From: Eledone cirrhosa
Taxonomy: Eukaryota
Length of the DNA stretch: 64,000 bases
Reading direction: 5' to 3'
NCBI GenBank assembly: GCA_964016885.1
Contig: OZ024740.1
Span: 111,662,001 to 111,726,000 of the forward strand
Shown here: positions 41,211 through 51,770 of the stretch, one piece after another
How the letters are laid out: every line of letters starts with the position of its first letter
Position numbering within the stretch: the first letter of the stretch is position 1
Made by a program: the position numbers and the translations under genes
The notes under the pieces: generated by a model
The model's input: only the letters and a program-made list of their open reading frames with translations
Told to the model about the DNA's origin: nothing
Databases searched by the model: none

Positions 41211-43595
41211 TCTCTACTTATATATATAACCAGCAATTTCTCTGTCCGACAGTGGAAACACGTGCGTAGAGAGAGAGTGAGAGTGAAAGAAAGAGACAGA
41301 CTACGAGAGGGGGATAGCGGGAGGGAGAGAGGGAGAGAGAGAGAGAGTGAATAGACGCTAAAACACGTGCTATAGAAACATTACCTTCCCCTCTCCACTG
41401 ACTTTGGTCACTGAGGCCGAGGGAATCGCTGGTTGCTATAGAGACACCTTGCACAAGCCAGAAGTAACCAGTTCGAGGCGGTTCTGACTTGACACCATGC
41501 GAAGAAGATTGCCATTGAATTTGTGGTTGTTGCTGCTGATAATAAGGACCATTTGAAGAAGGTTGCTGCTGATGAGGTAATTTATTAATCAGATTGTGCA
41601 GTTCCATAACCTACGTTTGATTTGTTCAATTTTTTTCTTCAATTTTTGTTGTTGTTTTTTTTTTATTTCTTATTGAAAAAATATAAATAATAAAATAAGG
41701 TTAGAAATTTAAATACAATTAAATACGATTTAATTTCCATTTCCAGCAGCCAATGTCCAGTGTTCAATTTCATGAAAAAATTGGAAATAATTCAAAAAAT
41801 TGAAGTTTAACTTTTGAACATTTGTTTTGACAATAAAAAACATTTCCTTATTCACACCTAATGGTATGATTAAAATTTCATAGGAATATTTTTTTCTAAC
41901 CGCCAGTTATTTAAATATTATTAAAAATAATTTTTTTTTTTAAAAGAATGGAAGATTTTGTGGATTTTTTTACCACCTTCCAAGCCTTAAACACTAATTC
42001 TCGCGAATTTGTGTTTTGTAATGACCCTCAGGGCGCTGCTATTGTTGATTCCAATAGTGCCTGGTATTCGAATATGTTAGTATACAATTTTTTGAATAAA
42101 ATTAAGGCGCAATTAGAGCTGCCAAACAAAATTTTTTTCGGCTTCGGCCCATATTATATATATATATAATGGGGATGATGATGATGATGATATACATAGT
42201 TACATATGTATATGTAATCTCCTTATAATATATAACCAGCAATTTCTATGTCTGTCTGTCCGACAGTGGAAACACGTGCGCGCGTGCGAATGTTTTTTGC
42301 GCACGCGTAGAGAGAGAGTTAGAGTGAAAGAAAGAGAAGACTACGAGAGGGGGATAGCGGGATGGAGAGAGGGAGAGAGAGAGAGTGAATAGACGCTAAA
42401 ACACGTGCGCGCGTGCGAATGTTTTTTTGCGCACGCGTAGATAGAGAGTGACAGTGAAAGAAAGAGACAGACTACAAGAGAGGGATAGCGGGAGGGAGAG
42501 AGGGGGAATTGAGGAGTGCTACAGAAACATATATACATTTCTGTGTGCGTGTAATATATATATACACACACAAAAATATATATATATACACACAGAAATA
42601 AATATACATTTCTGTGTGTGTAATATATATATATATATACACACAGAAATATATATACATTTCTGTGTGTGTAATATATATATACATACAGAAATATATA
42701 TACATTTCTGTGTGTGTAATATATATATATACTAGCAGAAAACCACCCGGTGGGTGGTTTTCTGCTAGTCTCCTTATAATATATAACCAGCAATTTCTCT
42801 GTCTGTCTGTCCGACGCGTAGAGAGAGAGTGAGAGTGAAAGAAAGAGACAGACTACAAGAGGGGGTTAGCGGGAGGGAGAGAGAGAGACGCTGGAAGAGA
42901 GGAAGGAAAGCTATCTCTTGCTGTCTGCATTACGATACATATATATATATACACACAAACACTGAACGCGTCATAATGACGTAATGCAGACAGCCAGACA
43001 TACAGACAGATATTATAAGGGCGCAACGTTATATCTATGTATCTATCTAAAAAGAAAGTCTAAGAATTATATAGAGAGAACGCTAAATCGCCTAATTCGG
43101 TCCCTAGGGCATTGAAAATTTGAAATAATTTTTGCTCAAAACACTCACAGGACCATAAGTATTATATGTCTAAAGTTTGAAAACAATCGGTTGGATGGTT
43201 CTCAAGTTTTAGTGAGCTGACAGACAGACAGACATTCTCTGTTTTAGATATATAGACTAGCAGAAAACCGCCCACGAGTGGTTTTCTGCTAGTCTATATA
43301 TATAAAACTGAGGATGTCTGTCTGTGTGTATGTGAGTTCGAATCCCTAAAACTCGAGAACCACGCAACCGACTGTTTTCAAACTTTACATATGTAATAAT
43401 TATGTTTCAGGGAGTGTTCTCAGCAAAAATAATTTGAAATTTTCTATGTCCCAGGGACCACATTAGGCGATTTAGCGATCTCACTCTATAATTCTTAGTC
43501 TTTCTCTTTTTAGATAGATACATACTTATAACGTCGCGCCCTTATAATATCTGTCTGTATGTCTGGCTGTCTGCATTAAGTCACTTCCCTGAGGA

Positions 43596-43626
<31 letters not shown>

Positions 43627-44204
43627 TTGTGAGTTTGAATCCCTAAAACTCGAGAAGTACCCAACCGATTTTTTTCAAACTTTACATGTGTATTACTTAT
43701 GTTTCAGGGAGTGTTATGCACATAAAAAAATTAAACTTTCATTAGGTGAAAAACTGCGTTTTTTAAACATTTTTAGGTTTTTTTTAAGGCGTTACGTCAG
43801 ACCGATTTCCTTGAAATTGTAACTATGTATTAGTCAGTCTCTTCTTCATACCATAAGCAAAGAAAATCCAACTTTTTTATGGCCCGCATTAGGTGAAAAT
43901 CTTCATTTTTTCAGCTTCTTAGGGCTTTTTGGAGGCGTTACGTCTAGCCAATTTTTCCGAAATTTCAAGGCATATTATGCACATAAAAAAATTCATTATC
44001 TTGATCCCCTAGGGCCCGCATTAGGTGAAAACCTGCATTTCTCCTGCTTCATCAAGGAAAATCTTAAAGATTATCCAGCCATCAGAGTATTTGGTTTATT
44101 TTCTTTACATATTGTCCAGGCATGCAGTTTTTCCACGATTAGGTCTATTGGCGGCCCGCATTCCAAAATACCTTATCCTGTTCAACGCAGGGTACCACTG
44201 CTAG
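41211..44204. mobile_element. Cluster of non-autonomous Helitron-like repeats
   Basis: Repeated 5' motif TC..TATATATAACCAGCAATTTC (41211, 42218, 42769) and TCTATATATATAAAAC (43293); GC-rich hairpins ending in CTAG (42731-42769, 43256-43293); AACGCAGGGTACCACTGCTAGT at ~44184-44205. Confidence 0.65.
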
Positions 44205-45214
44205 TAATAAATAAATTGATGACATTACTCAAATTATCTCTCTTGTCCTGGGATTGTTTGTCAAATCGTCCGCTAGTTACAATTAGATAGAGACTTTAAA
44301 TCTAAAGGTTTATTTGCCGTCGTTCAGTAATAGTATTTGTTTCATAGCGTATGTAGTCTAATTATTTTTTTCTTTTTTAGATAATATTGAGACTGACCTT
44401 ATTTTCTTCTACGGCTCTCTCAACTGAAATTATTTAACAGTCAAATTAAGTGATTTCCAATTGGAATTCAGTGATTGCAAGGTCAAACAGAAATACTTTA
44501 TGTTAGAAAAATGTTAAAGTCAATATTATTTTCTTAGAAATGATACTTGGTTCTGACGTTATTAAACTATTCAAAAACATTAGGGCAGAAAGAGATAGCC
44601 ATCATTTTGTAGGAATAGTGTTTCATGTATTTGATGTTAATAGTTCTCACTCGTTTCTATTATCATTTGGTACATTTATGTAACTATTTAATAGCCATGA
44701 TTTGCTCATTTTAATTACGAATACAATAAACATGTTTGGCAGTTGTAAGTTCAATAATGACGACGTTACTTTGATCGCTTTGATTGACATAGAAAATCTT
44801 TCACATTCTTTGCAAAGGTAAAGATTTTCGTTTGGTTATTCATATTTCTATTGATGGAAGAGTGTCATTTGCGGGAATTCGGCAGTTATTTCTAGCAAAA
44901 TCCAGTCACTTCGTAGAGACATCCTCGTTGCCTGATACTGATGTTTGTTTGTGTAGATGGTAATGACCTCATACATACAACTGTTTCCGGTAGAATGCAT
45001 CTTTATAAAATATCGCTCGATTAATCTGAAATTGTAGATGTCTATTCTTTGAAAAAAAAGGGGATTTTAAGAGAAAAGTTTTACAAAAATATGACAAAAT
45101 AATAGAATATACAAAAATTCTTCACAAAACGTGAAATAGATGAGAATATCTTTTGACGAGGATTAAGCCTGATAGTTTTTATTTATTTTTCTGGAGAAAT
45201 AATCTATTCATAAA

Positions 45215-45340
45215 GCGGCGAATTGGCAGAGTAGTTAAGAATAGAATAACTTGGCATATTTGTTCCAGTTCTCAGTCCAAATTCCGTCGAGATCATCTTT
45301 GATATACGTCATTCGGGGTCGATAGAATAAAGTACCAGTC
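45215..45340 (+). mobile_element. Octopus-type SINE, degenerate
   Basis: GGCGAATTGGCAGAGTAGTTA…TCGGGGTCGATAGAATAAAGTACCAG. Confidence 0.65.
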
Positions 45341-45444
45341 TCTGGGATATGGGTGGTGCATTGGTGGAATTGTTAAAGTGGTGGATGAGACTCTTTCCGG
45401 TATCTGTTCCGGTACTTTGCTTTCTGGGATCAAACTCCGTTCCC

Positions 45445-45477
<33 letters not shown>

Positions 45478-45716
45478 AAAATGTGTAAGATCCTTGGTAC
45501 AGTTAAGTATATTTGAAAAAAAGGGAAAATTATAATATTATGAGTTGGTAGATCCAGAACTCATAATATTATAATATAAAATTAAATCAAAAAAAATGTT
45601 TAACACTACAAGTAAAGTCATTCTTTTCCTTTTTTTCAAATATATATATATATATTTGAAAAAAAGGAAGCATATTTTACGACTGATATGGCGCATGTCT
45701 ATCCGGCATGACACCC

Positions 45717-45778
45717 TTAATTTAATTTAATTTAATTTAATTTAATTTAATTTAATTTAATTTAATTTAATTTAATTT
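45717..45778. repeat. (AATTT)n pentanucleotide repeat
   Basis: About 12 units. Confidence 0.95.
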
Positions 45779-45877
45779 ATCTTAATTTTGGATATATATA
45801 AATACGGCCCCTTAATTATAGAGCTAACTCAGTTGAAAGGACTTGACTGCTGTTTCTAGTTGTCGATAACCCTATAG

Positions 45878-45983
<106 letters not shown>

Positions 45984-45999
45984 GGAGTCTATTCTCTAT

Positions 46000-47209
46000 A
46001 AAATGGTGATCTTCCACCGACATAATTAAATAAAGATGGGATATGGCCCGGTAATATGCATAGACATGCCTGAAGCTACCCAACAAGGCATCTTCGATGA
46101 TATTCTAACCGATTTCGATTTTTAAATAAGAGATTACCTTTACATCGACTCTCGGATAAGAGATATTACTGATATGTGGTTGGTATGTTTCAAGAAGGAA
46201 TCACTGTACAGATTCTACGGACAAATCCTACCTACAAGGAGACCCAGGAGTAGATCTGGAGCAAGGGACAAATCCTACCTACAAGGAGACCCAGGAGTAG
46301 ATCTGGAGCAAGGGACAAATCCTACCTACAAGGAGACCCAGGAGTAGATCTGGAGCAAGGGACAAATCCTACCTACAAGGAGACCCAGGAGTAGATCTGG
46401 AGCAAGGGACAAATCCTACCTACAAGGAGACCCAGGAGTAGATCTGGAGCAAGGGACAAATCCTACCTACAAGGAGACCCAGGAGTAGATCTGGAGCAAG
46501 GGACAAATCCTACCTACAAGGAGACCCAGGAGTAGATCTGGAGCAAGGGACAAATCCTACCTACAAGGAGACCCAGGAGTAGATCTGGAGCAAGGGACAA
46601 ATCCTACCTACAAGGAGACCCAGGAGTAGATCTGGAGCAAGGGACAAATCCTACCTACAAGGAGACCCAGGAGTAGATCTGGAGCAAGGGACAAATCCTA
46701 CCTACAAGGAGACCCAGGAGTAGATCCGGAGCAAGGGACAAATCCTACCTACAAGGAGACCCAGGAGTAGATCCGGAGCAAGGGACAAATCCTACCTACA
46801 AGGAGACCCAGGAGTAGATCTGGAGCAAGGGACAAATCCTACCTACAAGGAGACCCAGGAGTAGATCCGGAGCAAGGGACAAATCCTACCTACAAGGAGA
46901 CCCAGGAGTAGATCTGGAGCAAGGGACAAATCCTACCTACAAGGAGACCCAGGAGTAGATCCGGAGCAAGATGGTTAGGTAACATTCATGAGCTCGACAG
47001 GTCTCGCTTGAAGATCTAGCCGTATCAACCGGAGACGGCCCCTTCTCACAGGATCCGGTGAAAGGCGTGCTTGAAAACTCTGTCCCCACGAGCCTCACAG
47101 GAAGAAGAAGAAGAAGAAGAAGAAGAAGAAGAAGAAGAAGAAGAAGAAGAAGAAGAAGAAGAAGAAGAAGAAGAAGAAGAAGAAGAAGAAGAAGAAGAAG
47201 AAGAAGAAG
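46000..47209 (+). mobile_element. RTE-like LINE 3' relic with (GAA)n tail
   Basis: RRPRSRSGARWLGNI resembles the RTE C-terminal KRPRGRP..RW motif; (GAA)n at 47101-47209. Confidence 0.6.
46219..46970 (+). repeat. 47-bp minisatellite, 16 copies
   Basis: GGACAAATCCTACCTACAAGGAGACCCAGGAGTAGATCYGGAGCAAG in exact 47-bp phase. Confidence 0.97.
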
Positions 47210-47781
47210 ACATATAATATCTTATCTTCTTATAAAGAGATATTGGAAGATAGAGATAGAGAAAGAGGCAAGATGTTCAACGTTGGAACGCTTTTGGTCA
47301 TAGGCATCTTTGATTTGGTGGTATGATGGTAAACAAAGAAAAATATAATCATTATCCGTATCACCGTCAACATCATCACCCTCATTTTCTCTATCTGTAT
47401 CTCTCTTCTTTTTTCTCTATATGTATATGTAAATATATATATATATATTAGAATTGGTGCTCTGAAATAGCGATATATATATGAATGTATATATAGTGTA
47501 TTTTGCAATACACTGTATGTTTAATTAAAAGCATTTCAAAGACCTTACGCTATTGTTTTAGAGTAGTGACAGTCTCACTTACTTTAATTTTCAGCAAACA
47601 GGGGAGATAAAGCTGACAGAGCACTTTTTGGTGCTTATCAAAGCCAACTACTCCTCCTGTTTGCTGAAAATCATGAATGTTTGATTCTTATAGAATTCTA
47701 GTAATAATCAGGAACTGATTATACAGAGCGGTTGCCGGTCAAGCAGAAATTGAAAATTAGAATTGGTGCTCCGAAATAGCG

Positions 47782-47812
<31 letters not shown>

Positions 47813-47836
47813 TTGACATATCCGGAAAAAAAAAAA

Positions 47837-47913
<77 letters not shown>

Positions 47914-48348
47914 TTTGTTTGTGTGTGTGTGTGTGCGTTCGGGTTTAATCGGGGTAAGGTACTCAATACATTAGTAGAGTGTAAGCATCAAGTTTAATAT
48001 AGAAATGAATTCTACATGACTGGAACTGTTTCATTCGAAAGAAATCCTCAGGAAAGCCAACTGTCATTGCAATATGGTTGTGTTTATATGTTTTCTGGTG
48101 GTTGGGGAATGGGGTATTTTTTTAGGGTGGGTAGAGGTCTTTAAAATCCCTTGCCCATTGACCTCAACCCAACCTCAAAAATCACCACCTTCCCCAACCA
48201 ACAGAAAGCATATAAATACAACCGTATTGCGATGACATTTGGCTTTCCAGATGATTTCTTTCTTCAAATGAAACAGTTCTAATCCCGTGGAAGCTATTTC
48301 TAAAAAAAAAAAATAATTGCAAACAAATCTAATATTATTATTAATATG

Positions 48349-48525
48349 GATTGGCAGTACCGGTAGAGGGTCGGACGCCATGCTTTCCAGCATAGTTACG
48401 TCCCTTTACGATCTGAGTTCAAATCCTGCCGAGGTTTACTTTGCTTTCATCCTTACGGGGTCGATAAAATAAAGTACCAGTAATGAACTGGGTAATTGCT
48501 GGCCTTGTGCCTAAAGTAGAAACAA
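48349..48525 (+). mobile_element. Octopus-type SINE
   Basis: TTGGCAG…GAGTTCAAATCCTGCCGAGG…CGGGGTCGATAAAATAAAGTACCAG…GGCCTTGTGCC. Confidence 0.75.
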
Positions 48526-48553
48526 TTATTAATATTCGAAAAACTCAGATTAC

Positions 48554-48600
<47 letters not shown>

Positions 48601-48900
48601 AAAAAGTATAACCCCGACGGCAGAGCTCAAGCTGTTTGGACGGCTATTTCTAGAGTCTTTTCCTATTACCCACTCTACTAACCTAAGTATTGAGTACTCT
48701 AGTGCGTCATGGTCCATCCGGTTCCTTACCACACATCCTTCGTTATATATATATATCCCGGGTTCAATTGGGTGTAACCACAGTAAGTAAGGTACTCAAT
48801 AATAGTAGAGTATAAATATTTAATGATTTCCTTCGAATGAAACAGTTCTAGTCCTGTAGAAACCCTTTCTATATTAAATATATATGTATATATATATATA

Positions 48901-49098
48901 TATATTAATAAGAGGAATTCCAACTTTGTCTGATTTACTCGTTTTATTTACAATCCTTTAAAATATATATAATGGTATTATAATGAAATAGTATGATAGA
49001 ATATTAAATTCTAAGTGTTAATTGAACAAGTACTTTCATGCTTTCGCAATCTTCAGGTTCATGATATGTGGTGACAGTCGAGTTTGCAATTTTCAACT
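48901..49098 (-). repeat. pLTR (3' copy)
   Basis: Matches 53109-53306 at a constant offset of 4208; no mismatch seen. Confidence 0.93.
49023..49061 (-). ncRNA. Minimal type I hammerhead ribozyme
   Basis: UGAAC-CUGAAGA-U-UGC-GAAA-GCA-U-GAAA-GUAC-UU-GUUCA: stem I UGAAC/GUUCA, intact core, GNRA-capped stem II, palindromic stem III. Confidence 0.85.
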
Positions 49099-49442
49099 GT
49101 AATGAGATGGGTAAATTTCCTACCTTTTATACATTTTATACAGAGAAAAGTGGCTCCAGAATGCAAAGCCCTGTAAACTGTATTTCGACCAATCAGTGTG
49201 TAGTTTCACTGAATTACTACAGCTGATTGGTTTAAGCGTCACGGCTGGTTGAGCATGCTAACGACCAATAGTCATATCCAACGTATCAATTGTTTTGCTT
49301 TTTTGAAATGATGAAAATAGCATTTTCTATTAATCATCACCATCAACATCACTTTTATTATTATTATTATTGTTGTTGTTGTTGTTGTTGTTGTTAGTGG
49401 TCGTGGTCATAGTGGTAGTAGAAGTAATACCCCTAGGCGTTA

Positions 49443-51770
49443 TTATTGTTCATTTAGCTTGGGTTTGAATTTATCAATAAAATTCTTTTCTTTGATTTTT
49501 CTCTTGATTTCACTTGGGCTGTGTAATTTGTAGAATGGGAATATTATAAATATTCCCTGACCACATGTTGCCAGGTGGCCGCTTAGGGGTATCTGACGGA
49601 CATTTGGGTCTCTGATTTGTTGACGGTGTACCCGTGCACGTTCCGATAGTGCATTTCCAGTTTGACCGACATATAGTTCTTCACAATTCGGGCATTTAAT
49701 GCAGTAAATTAGATTTCTGCTTTTGCAGTTCATATTTGCATTTGTGAATATTTTTCCAGTTTTTGTTTTCATATATTGACCGGCGTGTATGGATTGACAT
49801 GTGCCGCATCGATTATCATTGCATTTAGATACAGTGAATGATTGGTCTTTGTTGTTAAGGTCAAACTTTGCTTTTGTTAGCAATTGCTTCAAATTTTTTG
49901 GCTGTCTTTTACTAAGAGTCAAAGATCGATCTGTGATTAAGCCTTTTAATTCATTACTTTGAGCAATGATCGGTAGGTTTGCTTTGGCAGTGTTGAAGAT
50001 ATTCTGGTGACATGGGTTGTGTGTCATTATAAATGGTATGACCAGTTCTTGGTTTCTTCTTCTTTGGGTTGTTCTAAGTTGTTGTATAGGTATTTTTATA
50101 GCCCGCTGTATGCCATTTTCTATAAGTAGAGATGGGTATTTTTGTTTGAGCAAAAATTCTCTTAGTTCTGTTAGGCGTTTGTACCTGGTATTCGTATCTT
50201 CTACAATGGTACAAATTCTTCTGGCTAGGCAGTATGGGATGTTGCGTTTTGTATGAGGTGGATGGCACGACTTAAAATTCAGATATTGATGGGTGTCTGT
50301 GTGTTTATAATATATATCCGTGGTAATGGTGGTGTCGTTTTTGATTATCATTATATCTAGGAATGGTAATTTGGTCCTACTCATCTCTTTTGTGAATTGG
50401 AGAGATGGGTGTAGGTTATTCAGGAGGATATTGAACTCATCCAGAGTATCTAGAGATTCTGTCCAGATGATGAAACAGTCGTCAAGGTATCTCTTCCAAG
50501 ATTTTTCAATGTACTTTCTAAAGTCAGTACTATATTTTTCCTCTATTTCTTGGTAGAGTTGTTGTTCTAAGTATCCCATTACAGAGTTCGCGTAAACGGG
50601 AGAAAACTTCGTTCCCATCGCTGTGCCTCTAATTTGGATGTAATTCTTTCCATTGAAGAAGAAAGTGTTGTTTTCCAGAATAAGTTTAACTGCGTCTAAT
50701 ATAAATGGCGCTGTGAATCTAATGGGAATCACTTCTCTATGTTTTTCCACCCAGTATTTAACCGCCTTTATTCCTAAATCATGTGTAATGTTGGTGTAAA
50801 GGCTTACCACATCAAAACTGAGTAGAAGTGAATTCGTTTCCGTGGTTTTGGGAAGATGGGACAGGAAGTCGATATCATCCCGGATGAAACTGGGTATGTG
50901 AACACATAGTGGTTTCAAAATAATGTCAACAAAATTGCTTAGACGGTGAGTGGGGCATGTTGGACCAGCTATAATAGGTCTAAGTTTTAAGTCTTTTGGG
51001 TGTAATAATTTAATGTACTCACTGTTTTGTTCTCTTACTGCCAGTTGTATTTCTTTTGACTTGTGAACTTTCGGTAGGCCATACAGGTTGCTGGGTTTCG
51101 GCTCAAAATTGGTGATGTAGTCTCTTTCCTTATCAGTAAATGAGTTGTGGTATTTTGAAGCCAGGTTGTTGATCTTCTTCATGATGTTGTGGTCTATATT
51201 TGACGGTATTTCATGATAGAATGTTGTGTCTTTCAGTTGTTCCTCAACCAAATCCTTGTAGTATTCAGTATCCATTATAACAACTGCACCCCCTTTATCT
51301 GCTTGTTTAATTATTATTGTTTTGTCATTTTGTATACGTTTAAGTGCAGACATTTCTGATTTGTTAATGTTTGGCCTAACATTAGTATTATGTCTAAGAG
51401 GAAATTTAGACAGGATGTCAATGTATTGGTCGAGATAGATATTTCTTCCTTTTGGCGGAGTGAAATTTGATTTATTCTTTACTAGTGATTCATCACTCTC
51501 ATTATTTTTATCAGCGAAGAATTCTACAAGACGTAATTTTCGACAGAATTCTTGGGTATCCTCCTTCAGTTCTTGGTGGTTGACTGTTGGAGTCGGTGTG
51601 AATTTCAGTCCTTTTGACAGAATTTGCATTTCATCATTGTCAAGATCTCTTTTAGATAAATTAATTATTTTAGGATCTACGTGTACAGCTGTTTTGGGTA
51701 TGTTTCCTCCTGGAGTTTTTCTTTTTCCGGTTTTTGTTGTCCTGACGTTAAAAAATGAATTTTTCTCTGT
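49443..51770 (-). CDS. PLE reverse transcriptase + GIY-YIG endonuclease (frame open from 51770; first ATG 51629)
   Basis: IINLS..ILSKGLKFTP, ADKGGAVV, LYGLPKVHK, RPII, SFDVVSLYTNI, GTAMG, RYLDDCF, LPFLD, Cys-rich linker KCNDNRCGTC..NCKS, NLIYCIKCPNCEELYVGQT..RARVH. Confidence 0.95.
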   Translation of the reverse strand, partial: TEKNSFFNVRTTKTGKRKTPGGNIPKTAVHVDPKIINLSKRDLDNDEMQILSKGLKFTPTPTVNHQELKEDTQEFCRKLRLVEFFADKNNESDESLVKNKSNFTPPKGRNIYLDQYIDILSKFPLRHNTNVRPNINKSEMSALKRIQNDKTIIIKQADKGGAVVIMDTEYYKDLVEEQLKDTTFYHEIPSNIDHNIMKKINNLASKYHNSFTDKERDYITNFEPKPSNLYGLPKVHKSKEIQLAVREQNSEYIKLLHPKDLKLRPIIAGPTCPTHRLSNFVDIILKPLCVHIPSFIRDDIDFLSHLPKTTETNSLLLSFDVVSLYTNITHDLGIKAVKYWVEKHREVIPIRFTAPFILDAVKLILENNTFFFNGKNYIQIRGTAMGTKFSPVYANSVMGYLEQQLYQEIEEKYSTDFRKYIEKSWKRYLDDCFIIWTESLDTLDEFNILLNNLHPSLQFTKEMSRTKLPFLDIMIIKNDTTITTDIYYKHTDTHQYLNFKSCHPPHTKRNIPYCLARRICTIVEDTNTRYKRLTELREFLLKQKYPSLLIENGIQRAIKIPIQQLRTTQRRRNQELVIPFIMTHNPCHQNIFNTAKANLPIIAQSNELKGLITDRSLTLSKRQPKNLKQLLTKAKFDLNNKDQSFTVSKCNDNRCGTCQSIHAGQYMKTKTGKIFTNANMNCKSRNLIYCIKCPNCEELYVGQTGNALSERARVHRQQIRDPNVRQIPLSGHLATCGQGIFIIFPFYKLHSPSEIKRKIKEKNFIDKFKPKLNEQ

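Noticed and set aside
46219-46970. CRISPR-like regular array
   Set aside because: Units are contiguous with no unique spacers; no cas genes; eukaryotic context
47058-47303. Poly-Arg protamine-like ORF
   Set aside because: Translation of the (GAA)n retroposon tail
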